A program made the position numbers and the translations under genes. A model generated the notes under the pieces. The model was not told the DNA's origin and did not search any database. It saw only the letters and a list, made by a program, of their open reading frames with translations. Shown one piece after another: positions 41,180 to 56,054 of a stretch of DNA of 64,000 bases. Each line of letters opens with the position of its first letter. Position 1 is the stretch's first letter. This stretch comes from the human T2T-CHM13v2.0 reference genome, Homo sapiens: NCBI RefSeq assembly GCF_009914755.1, contig NC_060934.1; one strand, written 5' to 3'.

Positions 41180-42662
41180 TAAGCATGCAATTGTACACAC
41201 TAAATCAAAGTGAGTTCCATAGTTCTTCATCATTAACAGATTTTATTAATCCATTTGGCCATGTTTTAAATAAGGAATGTAAATCACACACAGAATACAT
41301 GAAAAATGGTAACCAGAATATTTCCAATTGTCATTTTAAAAACAATTTCTAGGAAACAATATCTCACGCCTGTGATAACAAATTTGTTTAAAAGAGTGTA
41401 CACGTAGCTCTATTTTCTTCCAACAACCATTTCAAAATGGCGTCTCCTGCACTGAGAGGATATGAAGGCTATGGAAAATATGCTGGACTTATGGCCCTCA
41501 ACAACTTTGTAGCGTTTACTTCTACTATGGCTGCATTTTGTTTGTGGGGAGATATATCATACTCCTTATTAAAAATTAAGATGTGAATGTAATCATCGAT
41601 TTGCATGTTGACTTTGTCAAGTAAGCTTTTATCTGTGGAGGGAATCCTTGGCCACCATTTCCCAATTTTATCTCCTCAATAGCCTTTGCCAAAGCTGGAC
41701 GGTCAGCTTAGGTTGTATTCTTACTGCATTCACCTCTTATCTCATTTCCTCTTTATTAAACAGGGAACTTTCAGCTAAAATAAGAAGCTAATGTGATTTT
41801 GTAGAGAAAGATAGCTTTGTTCATTTGAGTTGTGTTAGTAGAGGGATAAATTAGGAACATTTCAAATGTAGATGATAATAAGGTTCATGACTTTAGCCAC
41901 TATCTTCTCATATACAGACATAACCCTAGGGCCCGTAAATTTTCCTTATGTTGCAAACAGACTTTTTAACCTTCTTAGAATTGTTTCCTACAACAATATT
42001 TTTCATTTTATAAGAGAAAGACACAATCATCCATTTATGTAAAAGAAAAAACCAATAAATTAAAACCACATACTCATTATTTAAACAATGAATAAAAAAC
42101 CAATAACCATGTGTGTAAGGGCTTCAAATTAAACATTAAAAATTAAATATAGTCTAAGGCTAAAACTATTGTAAGGAAATATGAGGCAAATGTTTTGCAC
42201 AATAAAATCTGTTTTTTAAAAATATCTCTTCCCTGTAACTACACTCTTCTTTCTATATGGATATTTTATTTTTTAAAGAATTGTCTACTGGGCATTAAGT
42301 ATGCATGTTGAGCTCTAACATTTAAATATACTAAATGTCCACTTTTTCATACCTTCAAATTTAACACAAAATTTATGAAAATCTCAGTTTAAGTTGGAAA
42401 AAAAATACAAATCTGTAAAAAGAAATCATTAACTTTTATCCTGTCCTTATTTTCTCACTGACAACTTTCACTGAAGGCTCCCATCTTTTAAGCTAAACAT
42501 AGGAGCAGGTCTGAATCAAATATAAGGGCAGATGTAAATATATTTTGAAAATTAAAATGTGTAACACAGACACAAGTAGTTGCAATTTTTCTTGGGTCCG
42601 AATGACCTAAATAGCTGAAAAGCATGCAACAAAGTTTGAGAAACATGGGGCATCCCTTTGTC

Positions 42663-42691
<29 letters not shown>
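42663..42691 (+). repeat. Poly(A)29 tract
   Basis: Read directly; no adjacent Alu or L1 body recognised. Confidence 0.9.
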
Positions 42692-42693
<2 letters not shown>

Positions 42694-44404
42694 AGGTTAT
42701 CCAGCAGATTTCAGCTGAAAAGAAAGATGAAATGAATAAGCACTACTGTGAGCCCTTTCTCCAGGCAAAAAGAAGAGACAGGAACCTGACTGTATAAACA
42801 TTTCCATAATACATAAAGTCAATTAAAGATTTTCTTTTCACCCTTTTTAAATCTTATTTAAGAATTGTCACTGAAAGTGTGAAAAAAGTCAACCATTAAT
42901 TCACCATGCTAAAATCATAGTAACTTGTATCTTTGTATATTTTTTCTCATTTTCCACATATAGGCATATTTTTACAAAATTACTTTCCCACTGTGTTGTA
43001 TTATAATTTAAAACATTATATATCATATTGTCCTATGGCAATACATTGTCTTTATAAACATTTTATTTAAAGACTGCATAAATTCTGGTTTGCTTTTATA
43101 TTATGACTTATGTAGACATTCTATTATTATTTGACACAAATTCACCCAATTTATTTACTACCATAACTAACCCCACAATTAATACTACAACACACATTAC
43201 TTTTTTTCTGGAAAGAAACTGCAGATCTATAAACACATTTCATAAGATCTGTAAAGACCTGAAATTGTAATTCTTGTGAATAGGTTAGTGAATGCATTTT
43301 CTTTTTTGTGAAGTGGAAAGGTCTATAACTAAAAATTACATAATGTTTAGAAAAAATAGGTGAGCCTCAATGGTTAAGATTATTTTCTTTAAGTAATTTC
43401 CTGGTCATACTTTGTAAGAAGTGGTACAGCTGCGTCAAAAAGTATGACCATTTTGGAAATTCATTTTAGATATTACTCAACTGTTTTCTGGAAGTGGCTA
43501 ATATATACAGTTTTAACATTCATCGAGCCTTTTGTTTATTTTGTATTTGCTTAACAATATAACAAATTGTGGTTAAAACATAATTGATTTGGAATAGTCA
43601 GAAATGCATTACTTTAATAAAGCTTAATTTTATTTTTAATTAAAAATATTACATGTTTACACATAAGATATATGAGAAGAAACGTTTTAGAATGACCAAA
43701 ATACAATCGCCATTAATATTTGAGCACACTCCCTTCCAATATTTTTTATGGAATGTATACTTACTATGTGTCTCTTACAAAATTGGAGTCATCTAGTATT
43801 TAAAATATTTTATCCCACTTTATTAACTTTACGTACAGTCTGGTAATTTTCTTCACTAGTAAAGTATCTTTATACATATGCTTAATGGCTATACAAGCCA
43901 TTATATGCGTACATTAAATGCATAAGCACATTCATATTTCAAAGTGTTCTCTAAACATTGATCCTATAATATATTATTAAACTGATTTTAAATGTTTACT
44001 ACCTTTGACTTACATCAGTATTTAATAATATATGTACACACATATGCATTAATATTTTCTGGGCATAAACATATTTTCATATATAGATAGACAAAGATAT
44101 TTGGTTCTCCCACAGTATTAATTTTGTTTTTAAGCATCTTCATGGATTTTGATCACCAATATTACAATATTTTGTTAAGATAAACAGACAGCTGTACTTT
44201 TTTAAAATCCCCGGAGAAACCACTGCATCACTGACTACATTTATACCTCCTAATTCATACTGTAAGAAGAAGGAAGAGGAGGAAGAGGAGAGGAGAAGAA
44301 GAGGGGAAGGTTTTTTAAATGTCATCAATCTTGGAATAAGGAAGAAGTGACATTATTATGCAGGAAAACCATTTGAAAGAACTGTGAATATGCATGGCAT
44401 TAGA

Positions 44405-44570
44405 TGTTTTACATACATTAACTTAGTCATCATAATAACTCTATAAAGTATGTATTCACATTATCCCCATTTTAAGATAAGAAAACTAAAGTACAGAGGC
44501 TTTAAAAAACATGCCTAAGCTTATACAGATAAAAACATTGTAAGGGACTGCATTTCAACCCAGAATCCCT
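44405..44570 (-). mobile_element. MIR
   Basis: ttatccccattttaagataagaaaactaaagtacagagg. Confidence 0.75.
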
Positions 44571-46028
44571 GTAGCCTTCCTTTATATTTTCTCATTGTTA
44601 TTATTTTTTTCTTGTACATTTCTGATAGTGATCCGTTAAATGTTCAAGACAGGTTAGAATCCTCAGGACTAAGCAAGGATGATTCTGACCCTAGTTCAAC
44701 AATCCCATAGATTGGCTAGAATGAGGACAGACCACAGAAATAATAGATGGAACTGGATGCACGCAATTATGTGACTTATTGGAAATTCTGATATGCAAAA
44801 TAGAGCAATCAGAAATTTAACACCATTGCTATTTCTTGTCCCAAATGTGACAGGCAGCAGTGTCAGAAAGAAAGCCAGAAGAGCCATATCCATGGCAGTC
44901 ACTATTGCTTCCATCTTGGGAAGAATGACAATAAAATGGCAATCCTTACCTGCTTCAGCCCCCTAAGAACCAATACCGTGGGTGGCTCCACTTCCCTGCT
45001 CATTCACTTCAAGGTGCCAAGTCACTGAAAAACTATTATAAATTTATACTAGTCATCCCTCAAGCCTATGATCAGAATAAAGGAATTTGTGTGCAAGAAT
45101 GTGGTCAATAGAAGAAATAAAGAAAATTCATTTGACCTCTTCCACAACCACCATTTTTAGACACAAGCCCTGGAGAAATCTCTGCACAGACAAGGCAGAG
45201 AGATCATAAAATATCTCAGCAGGAACACTGTGAAGCCATTCGTAGGCATAAACAAGGCCAAACATATCGCTTTCAATATAAAGAGGTCATGACTCCTTTC
45301 AAAATGAGATTTGCTCTAGTGTTGCACCTTAGAAATTATCTCCTCTTTCACTAAAATATAAGAAAGTATGTACTCAAAAATGAGACAAAAGGCTAAGGTC
45401 AGTGGGTGACAGTAAAAAAGAGAACATATAAGGAATAAAGTTAACAATTTTTTTTAAAAAAAGAAGAAACAAAGCAGAAAAGAAATTTGACAGAGTTAGT
45501 AAAAAGGAAAATTGTCGACATAATACCATGCCCCAGTACAATGGAAGTTAAGAAACAGGAAGCTGTCTAATTTTCTACTCTTCCTCCCTATTGTTGTTAT
45601 ATATTTGTCTCAAAATTTTAAAATAATAAAAGATAACTTAAAAATGTTAACTTATAACAAACAAAAATAATTCAACGCTACTAAATAACAAATGTCAAAG
45701 GGAAATAAAAGTTTCAGTTAAAGTAAATTTGGAAAATAAAAAGAAAGCCAAAAAATATTTAAAACCAGCCAAAGTGATACTCAGTGGCATTCTCAGAGTT
45801 TTAAACAATCAGACAGAAACTCAAATATGGGAATACAGGGCTGAATTATTTTGGGCACTAAGGCACCATGGTTCTGAGGGAATAGAGTAAGGAAAGCAAG
45901 GATGAAGAAATCTCAGAATTCAACATTTAGGCAGGAAAGGGCTGGGGAGATAGACTTTGGTGCTTCTAGAAGATACCATCAATAGTGCTATCAAAAAGGA
46001 CAACTCTCCCCTCAGCAGCTGAATACCA

Positions 46029-46280
46029 TCTAGCCTCACCTACCTTAAATATGCTCAGAACACTTACATTAGCCTATGGTTGGGCAAAATCGTGCAACAC
46101 AAATCCTGTTCTATAATAAAGTGTTGAATGTCTCATGTAATTTATTACATACTGCATGGAAAGTGAAAAACATAATGGCCATATGGGTACTAAAAGTATG
46201 ATTTCTTCTGAGTGCATACTGCTTTCGCACCATTATAAAGTCGTGAAATCCTAAACTGAACCATTGTATATCGGGGACTG
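46029..46280. mobile_element. TcMar-Tigger DNA transposon fragment (MER47/Tigger-like)
   Basis: cctaccttaaa..tgctcagaacacttacattagccta..gttgggcaaaatc...tcggggactg followed by a TA target dinucleotide. Confidence 0.7.
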
Positions 46281-46687
46281 TATATGAATATGTTAAGTAT
46301 ATATTATATGATTAATAATATATGTTTTATATATACATTATATATAAAATATAATTATAACACAATATAATATATAATTAATATATATACACACACTTAA
46401 ATATACACATACGTACATAGGAGTTAACAAATTATACTCTTTCTCTCCAAATTTTGACTTAGGCCCAAAGGTTGGGAAAAATAGAGTCGGTATTTTGTGC
46501 CTCCACTTCCTAGAGCAAGCTTTAAGTTTCCTCAGAGAGGCATGCTGAATGTTGTTAAAACTGTTTCTGCCAGCATTAGCACTTACACACTATAAAAATG
46601 TCAGCTTCGAAAGGGGAGCTAGTTATTTTTGAGAGAATTGTCAAAACTCTATGTTGTCCTATTTCTTCTTTTTCTTTCTTCCTTTCC

Positions 46688-46981
46688 TTTTTTTTTTTTT
46701 TTAGATGGAGTCTCGTGTCACCTAGGCTGGAGTGGGCAGTGGTGCAATCTCAGCTCACTGCAACCTCAGCCTCCCGGGTTCCAGCGATTCTCCTGTCTCA
46801 GCCTCCCGAGTAGCTGAAGCTGCAGGTGCATGCCACCACACCCAGTTAATTTTTGTATTTTTAATAGAGACGGGGTTTCACCATGTTGGCCCGGCTGGTC
46901 TCAGACTCTTGACCTCAAGTGATCTGCTTGCCTCAGCTTCCCAAACTGTTGGGTTACAGGCATGAGCCACCCTGCCCAGCC
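46688..46981 (-). mobile_element. Alu (AluS family)
   Basis: Antisense full dimer. Confidence 0.95.
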
Positions 46982-47430
46982 CAATGTTGTTTTGTTTTTC
47001 AGATGAAGAAAAATGTTTTTCTCTCTCATCACGCCAAGTGCTACGGCATTCAGAAGACCTTTGATAGGTCCCATGGTATCTGTTCTCTTGAAGAGATCCT
47101 GGGAAAAATGAAAGACCAAACATTACGACTGAGCTTGCCTGAAACTGAAACTTGGTAGATTGAAGAGACTGAGACATAAGGAGTGGGGACCTATGTGTTT
47201 GTCTCGGGTAAGGATGTATAATCCCCTACCTCCATGAGTGCCCAAGGCAAGAAAGACTACCCGGAGGAGCAATGTGACTACCAGGATGCTGAAGGAGCTA
47301 CCTTCTGCATGGGTGTCAGCTATGTCAGATGAGAGGCACTCATAGCTTTCTCCAGGTAGACATTCCTCAACAACTCCAGAAAAGTGCTCCATAAGAAAAA
47401 GCTCAAGTATTTGTTCAACTGCCTTATTAA

Positions 47431-47761
<331 letters not shown>

Positions 47762-48329
47762 TCCATTTTATTCTTAATTCCTCACCACATGGGTCTAACT
47801 GTGGGGGCAGCTACCATGGCCAGCGAGTGTGAAAGAAGAGGAGTGAGGATGAGGGAAGTCAATCAGTCTCCCCCTTTAGACTTCCAGATCAATTCCCATA
47901 AACACTTGGATCACAAAGTCTTTTTGTCTTCCTAAGAACATTTGGTATTTCACTATATTAATGTTTGACAGAATCTTCTTTTGGAAAATTACTATTATCC
48001 AATGTTATTTATAAATATATATGCATGCAACCTAAATAAAATACTTGCAAATGGATTACAGTCATGTAATAAAGAAGAAATCACTGTGACAGCATAAGAT
48101 TTATTTTAATTATTTGGAGACATCTTGATATTAGTGCATTTTGTAACATGATTTATCTCCACAGATAGCAAAAATCAGATATATGATTCAATTTCTATTT
48201 CTGAAAAAAACCATTTAGTTAATTGAAGGGGGTGGGTATCTACTTTAACAACATAAAGTCAATGGTCAACATTAGTCATAGCAGTTAGACATTGCATTCA
48301 TTTCCATTAGAATAAAGAACAAACCCACT

Positions 48330-50300
48330 TTTCTACTATTATTACTATTAACTAAGTTAACACAGATGAGCAAGATCTGGCAATAAGAAAGGAATAAAAA
48401 AAGAAAATAGATATAAATGTGACAAAGGTGGAGTCACAATGATCCAAATGAAAATTCAAGTCAACAGAATGATATTATAAGTGATTTCAGTTATAAGTCT
48501 ATAAACCAAAGAGGATAAATGACTAGAAAGCATAGGCCGAATAAGATCCAATTTGCAATATTAACATAAATATACGTCCCTTTGAAATAAAACTAGTGAA
48601 ACTAACAAACAAAGAGAACATTAATGAAGATTTAAATAAATGATAATACAATTTTCTCTTAATGGAAAATCTTCATATGATAAACTTGCCAAGAATCTTC
48701 AATTTCATTCATAAATAAAACACACTTGAAGACAAGACACACTGAGAGGGTTTTGGAGAATATATAGATGAAAATACTCAAAATCATTTTGAAAAGTTAA
48801 ACTATATGGAGAGAATGAGGGACAATTTAGTATATAATCAAAGATAATCTTGTGGTACAACAATTACACTTATTGTGGTGTTGCGAGTATAAGGACAAGT
48901 GAAACATAAGCAACAGCCCAGAAACACACTGATGAATTAAGAAAATAGAAATTAAGGGCATTCTAAATCAAATTCACTTTATTCAAAAATGGTATTAGAG
49001 TATTGGCGATCTTAAAAAAGGAAATATACGTCCCTACCTCATACCATATTTTATCATAAAATACACTAGATTAAAGAGTGAAATGAAATCACACAAGAAC
49101 AAATAAAAGTACGAAAGACCTAAATGAAATATAGGATGCTGGAGGAGTTACCTGCTGCAGGGATGTCAGCTATGTTAGATGAGATACACTAACAGATTCT
49201 CCAGGTAGAGGTTCCTCAACAACTCCAGAAAAGTGCAAGAAATTGGGCAAGGAATTTCTAGGAATTAAGCTAATAGAAAAACCAAAAATGAATTAGATTT
49301 ATGGGAATGCAATTTAAAATTAATATCTGTAAAAATAGAAAGAATATGATGAAATTAGAATAATATTTACAACATAACAAAAGTTTACTATTCTAAAGAG
49401 CTCTTAAAAATAAGAAAACAATAAACACTCAAATATCAATTAATTAATTTATTATTTTAACAAACAATTGCATACCTAGTATTGCTGAGTACTGTTCTAG
49501 AAGCTGAGGATATAGCAATGAACAGGATGGCTCAGTGAAGACTACATATTAATGGAAATATGGGTGCATGGCAGGAACAGGAAAATGATCTGATACACAC
49601 ACACAGAGGAGAGAGGGTCATGGGGCCAGTCATCAAGTATCAGAGATCACATGACATGAGAGAACAAATTGCAGTGTGTATATATGAGTTTTATCTTTTA
49701 TTTGAAATATTTCATAACAGAAGTTGTATATAAAAAGTTACATAATGATTTATATATAAAGATATTTACTATAGCTTATTTATAATAGAAAAAATAAGAT
49801 AATCAAGTGTTTAAATAAATCATATTTTAAATAATAATGAAAACATATTAACCCCATATAAAGTTGAAATATTCTTAGATATTGTTCCCAGTATTACACC
49901 AAATTAAGGATGTAGAATAAAACTGAATTATAATTTTATAATGTAAGTATATATATCATATTCCTTCTCATCTGTTCTTTAGATGTATGTACATATATGG
50001 GCAAAGCAAACCTAATAAAAGCAAATGACAGAAACTTACAAATGCAGCCACAGATGAAGGCCTAATTAAATTATGATACAACAGTAGGATGTAATAGTAT
50101 TAAATTATTAAATCTCATGCATTAGAAAATGTTCTCAAAAGAAGCAATTGGAAGAAAACATTAAAATATAAGCAATGATTATTTCTGTATGGTAAATGTT
50201 GAGAATTTTATACAGTTTTCAACATGTTGTATTTTTATAATGGTCATATTTTACTTTTATATTCAGAATATATGTTATATATAATTTTTAACAGTTCAAT
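48330..50300 (+). mobile_element. Highly decayed L1 (L1M/L1ME) ORF2 to 3' end fragments
   Basis: A-rich, with L1-like pieces (ttgtggtgttg..agtataaggaca; ttattcaaaaatggtattag; ccctacctcataccata; atatttactatagcttatttataatag). Confidence 0.55.
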
Positions 50301-51217
50301 TTAGGGAACCCATTTCAATATTCCTTGACAAATAATCACTTTGTTTCCTATCTTTGCAATCCTAATTAGTACATTGTTTTATGTTTTTTTTATTTTTATT
50401 TTCTAAGGGATGTGCCTTTTAGTCCTTGGCAAGCCTCTTTGGTTTGATTAACGGAGGCTTCTTTTCCGCTCCTCTGCATTGCAGCTGTTTATTGTGGAGA
50501 AGGTGACAAAAGGCAGGACAATGTTCTTGCATTCTCCCCACAAGGTCTTCCATTTTCCAGAGATTGGAAATACGGTCTCAACAGCACTAAGTTGCTGTAA
50601 CAAATTCCCTCTCATTTTGCTTACACCCGGGGCAAACGGCAATTTTCTTCTCAGTTGTTTTCCAACTCTGAAAGCTGATGCATCTTTTGTCTATTACTTA
50701 AGACTTTGCAGATAGTTCCCAGACTCAAACCATCCATGAAAACTTTTGGCCTCTGGTAAGCTGAAGCCACGAATAGACTTGGGGGTTTCAAAAAATGTCT
50801 TAAAATCATATGAGGTACTGATCTGGTTCATAGAATTCTATTTGCCCTTAACAAAATTACATTTAATTATTACTACTCCTTGAAGCCAAACTGAAATGTA
50901 TATTCATGCTCTTTGACAATGTGAAGTCTGAGGACGGAGAGGACAGAGAACCGGGGCGCCAGATGTCAAGTATCAGAGCCCATGTGACAAGAGAGAAATA
51001 ATACTGTGCTACTGACCAAACACGGTGTTTCCAGTGTGGTGAGAAAGGGTTCTGGCCTCCCCTTGTGAGCTTACTGGCCTCTCTCTTAAAACCCATGATG
51101 GCCAGCTGTTTCCTGTGCAGAGTGATTGGGTGGACAGAATGGGTGAAATAATTCTTCATACATATGTCCCCATATGTAACATGTCCATGTGTTTTCTCCC
51201 ACCTTCCCTTCCATAAG

Positions 51218-51885
51218 TATTAATATTTATTGAGTGTTTACTGCATGTGGGATCAAGGTCTAGAAGTTGCAGATACAGTAGAAAACAAAACAGACAAAGT
51301 CCTTACATTCATGGGGCTAGAATACTGTGGGGAAGGCAGACAATGGATGAGCTAACGAATAAAAATTTCAGCTTGAGATTAAAAAAAGAAAACCTAGGCT
51401 AACAACAAGTATTTGGGTAGGAATGGAAGTTGGGGGAGACATTATAGACCTCTGGAGATTCCATACATGTCAAAATGGGACTGAGCAATTGAAGGAGTCA
51501 CCCAGTCAAAGACTTGGGCAAGGACAACCCAGGCAGAAGCAACGGCAAGTGTGAGTCACTGAGGTAGGAGGAAGGTTGCCACGCTGGAGTGGGAGCAATA
51601 GGCTGGAGTGCCATGTAATAGAGTCAATTAGGATGAGTTGAGGGAGATGGCAATGTATGGCTGGCTGGCACAAGCCAGGTCATATAGGGCCTTAGAAATG
51701 GCATGGAACTTTGATTTTAGGTGCAATGAAATGTCATTGGAGAGTTTTAAAGAAAGAGGGGATCTATTCAGATTTTCTTCTAAAAGGTGACTCTAGCTTC
51801 TGTGCAGAAAATGGCTTCAGGGTAGTAAGAGTGAAGGACGGAGAAGCTGATGGAGTAACACAGGTGAGAAATGATGGTTCACTGA
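51218..51885 (-). mobile_element. L2 fragment
   Basis: aatatttattgagtgtttactg...aaaacagacaaagtcc is the antisense L2 3' end. Confidence 0.75.
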
Positions 51886-52469
51886 ACTGGGTTGCACACA
51901 AGCAATTACACACAGTTAAAGAAAAAGTAACTTCTTTAGCATTTTACGTTTGCAGTGGAGTTTCTCATGCTTTATCTCAAATTATTTTTAAGGTCCCTTC
52001 CAATTCTAAAAATCTGGTGGTTAATCCCTTAGGATATTAGGGGGACTCAACAATAACTTTTTCTTTCTCCACAATCATTGTAATATATTCGATAGGATCC
52101 TTGCACTGTCCATATCTATCCCAGTGTATATTGACTTAAAAATGCTGTTTTCAAATTTTGAATTTTAGAGAATTTCTCAGATCGTATTGCATATTTTTGC
52201 TGTTTCAGATGCTACAAATCAATTTTTAGATTAAAATTTGATCCTTATGGTTCAATTTGTGCTTTCAGTTCTATAGCCTGTGGAGCTGGACTACACGAGT
52301 GACTTCTCAGTCAGGAAGTGATGATGATACCTGTACAATAGCTGATACGTTGTGTTATGGCTAACAAAGTTAATATTGAGGAGCAGAATTTAAGAATTCC
52401 TCCCTTATTGTTCCAAACAATTCCTGCTTTACAAAAATTATATGATGATCTTTGAAATTGTGACCAACC

Positions 52470-53335
52470 TTTATTCATTCAACAACTTGGTAACATATCG
52501 GTTAATAAAATAGAAATGGTCCCAACTTGCACTGCTTACAGTGTTTCTAAGACCACAAAATGAACAACAACAACAAAAAAAACCAGCGTGGGTGTGTTTG
52601 TGAGTGCATGTGTGTGTTGATAAACATCATGAATAACATGGATAGGCCACAATGACACAGAGTGGATGATATGGCATCCACTTTTTAAGAGTGTTAAGAA
52701 GGACCTCTCTCAGAAGGACATAATCAAGGCCACTCATGCTTCACCCATGTGAAGAGGACGGGGGACAGCATTCCAGCTAGCAGGAACTTCATACCTAGAA
52801 TTTTCTAGTTAGGAAAGGACCTTAGCAGTTCAGAGATGGGAAAGAAGGCCAATGGGGGCCTAGACAAAAAGACTAGCGACCCTGAAGAACAGGCAGAAGT
52901 TAGATCGTAGTCCAGCTCTTCCTTGGTGGTAAGGGTTTTGGATTTTAGTTCATGGGCATGGGAAAGACACTAGAGAACCTAAGGGGTGAAACACGGTGAT
53001 CACCTTTATTCACTTATTTATTCATTTATTCACTTATTTATTTGTTCGGACTATTACTCTGGCTGCATATGAAGAATAGGGTTGAGAAAGACAAGAATTG
53101 CAAAGGTGTAGCCCAATAAAGAGATTATTTCATGGTTAGAGGAGACATGATGGCTGCTTGATTTATATTAGAAAGGAAACACATGGGAGAAGTTGACAAA
53201 TTAAAGATACATTTTGGAGACAGACTTTATAAGACATGATTTTAGATTGATATGAGGTAAGGGAAAGAAAAGAAAAATGGATAACTCTAGACTATTGACT
53301 TTAGTAGTGGTAGATGAAGATGTCCCTTTACAGAA
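52470..53335 (-). mobile_element. L2 fragment
   Basis: ttattcattcaacaa...cagcattccag...ttttggattttagttc...ctctggctgc. Confidence 0.65.
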
Positions 53336-53734
53336 AAAGATGCCTGCAAGTAAAGGTTTGTTGAGAAAAATCAACTTGACTGTAAATAAATGACTTCGTT
53401 CCCAAGTGTCAGGAAATGCTTAAAGACCATTAAGACAAAGGCAACCTCCTGTCGGTGTTAGCTAAAGAGGGTAAAAGGGGTTTCCAACCAAGGAGTTAAA
53501 AATAAAATAAAAGTTTAAAATCCAACATTAGAACCTTAAATGTAAAAGCAGCACTGGTTAAGAAAATGGATGAAGAATACCATGGCTGAAGCAGGGAGAG
53601 GAGGCAACAGAGACTAAAAAGTAGAATGAGGTTAGAGAAGGACGGCAGAAAAAGGGCTTAATGAGAAGGAGGAGGAGGCCAGTAAAGATGAGGATGAGTA
53701 CTAAGACAACACTAGCTAATGTTTTCAACCATTT

Positions 53735-54130
53735 TGCACTAGTTACATGGGCTAGGTTGTACAATAGTAACAAAGTCTCCAAAATTTTGTGGTTTAAAAC
53801 AACACTGGTATAGTTCTCACTCAAGCTTAATGTGTGTTTTTGATTAATTGAGTGTTCTGTTCCATACTGGCCTGCCTCTGAGACCCTTGATGAGTGGGCA
53901 CCATTTGGGACATTGCCAGTCATTGTGGAAGGAGAAAAGAAGGCATGGCAAATTACATTCTACTTCTTAAAGCTTTTGACAAGAAGTTAACACATATGAC
54001 TTCCACTCTTATTGGCCCAAGTCAGGCACATGGCCACACCTAATAAGAGGATGATGAAGGGCAATCCAATTATATTCTTGGGAGAGCTGAAGTGTTTGGT
54101 GGACCCCCCAAATGATATCTATCTGCCACA
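53735..54130. mobile_element. Old MLT1 (MaLR) LTR
   Basis: gtaacaaa....caaaatt..gtggtttaaaacaaca...cttccactcttattggcc.aagtca..cacatggccacacctaa. Confidence 0.55.
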
Positions 54131-54850
54131 CTTCAGTTGGATTATCTCATTTAACCTCATAATGCTCTGAGATCCTTTTCATTCCCACTTTATAAGAAAA
54201 CCAAATTTAGAATAGGTAAGTAACATCTGGTTTACAGAGGTTAGGATACAGACATGTTAATGACAGGCCACAGTCTGAACTCAGAGAATAAATGCTGAAC
54301 TCTTAGTTATACCACCTGCACTGCCCATATCCGGGATCTCAACTATGTTCCAAAGCAACAAGAAAGTATTTAAATGTTTAAAGAGAAGAGTGGGATTTCC
54401 ATTTTAAGAAATAGTGGGTATGAATTTCAATACAAAACTGAAATATTCACAAAAGTTTCCCTTATGAATATTTCTGCCTTATTATACATTGATCTTAATT
54501 TTTGGTACAAACCACTGTTCCAATGGCATGTGAAAACTTAATTTGAGTCCATTTTGAGCTACTATTTTCATTGATGAAAGCATCGGGATGTAGACAATGA
54601 CATTTGCTCAAAATGATTACTCTCTATTACTGTTTGTATCTGTTGAGATACTCTTAATTTTGTTCATTTGTCTCTGAGCGTACAGACAGGTTCCCAACAT
54701 TGGTCTTTTGGGTCTGAGATTATCTCAGCTAATTTCAGAGCATCCACTGGCTCAGTGGAAATGACATGCTACCAGAAACCACTAACTCAGGGAGTTCTCC
54801 ATTTGCATTTGTGTACCAGTCAGGAATTGCATGTAGGTGTTAGAAATGGG

Positions 54851-55193
<343 letters not shown>

Positions 55194-55735
55194 CTAAACA
55201 TTGTCTAGGTCAGGACTGTTATGAAGGCTTTATAATTATGTCAAAAATTAGATGCCTTAGAGATCTCTTCTCCATCTTTAGGGTGAGAACTGTATCTTCA
55301 TGCTTCTTAATCTGTAAAATTAAAAAGAAACAGTCCTTATCAGTTGAATCTTTTTTATTTGGGTATAATGCTGGGGAAGTCAAAAGCATCCTAACTAATT
55401 TAGTTCCTATGCTTTTATAAGAATTGTCTAAACATTTCTACTAGCTGAATAAGATTGTAAAGGCTGACAGGAACCTATAAGAAGAGAGAAGATTGAAGAT
55501 AAAGAAAATAAAGATGAAGACTGATACAGTAAAGTTCTAGAAAAAGTGAGGAAAACTGGGCTCACTGGGAAGAGTGGAATAGTAGCCTGCAGTGGGATAA
55601 TGGGCACATCATTCCACATGACTGATGAAAAGAAGAGACAGTAGATGCGACTGCAGATATATGAATGTGATGTGGTCCTAAAATTATGCTTGTAGTGAAT
55701 CTAAATGCATTGGTTTGTTGAAAATAAGATAACTA

Positions 55736-56054
<319 letters not shown>

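Noticed and set aside
42663-42691. Orphan poly(A)29 as the tail of a processed pseudogene
   Set aside because: No TSD and no recognisable retrocopy upstream.
50440-50720. CpG-retaining unique sequence with steroid-receptor-like and RFX-like motifs
   Set aside because: Half-site spacing does not fit (AGGACA-a-TGTTCT has a 1-nt spacer, not 3) and it is not a CpG island; unsupported without conservation data.
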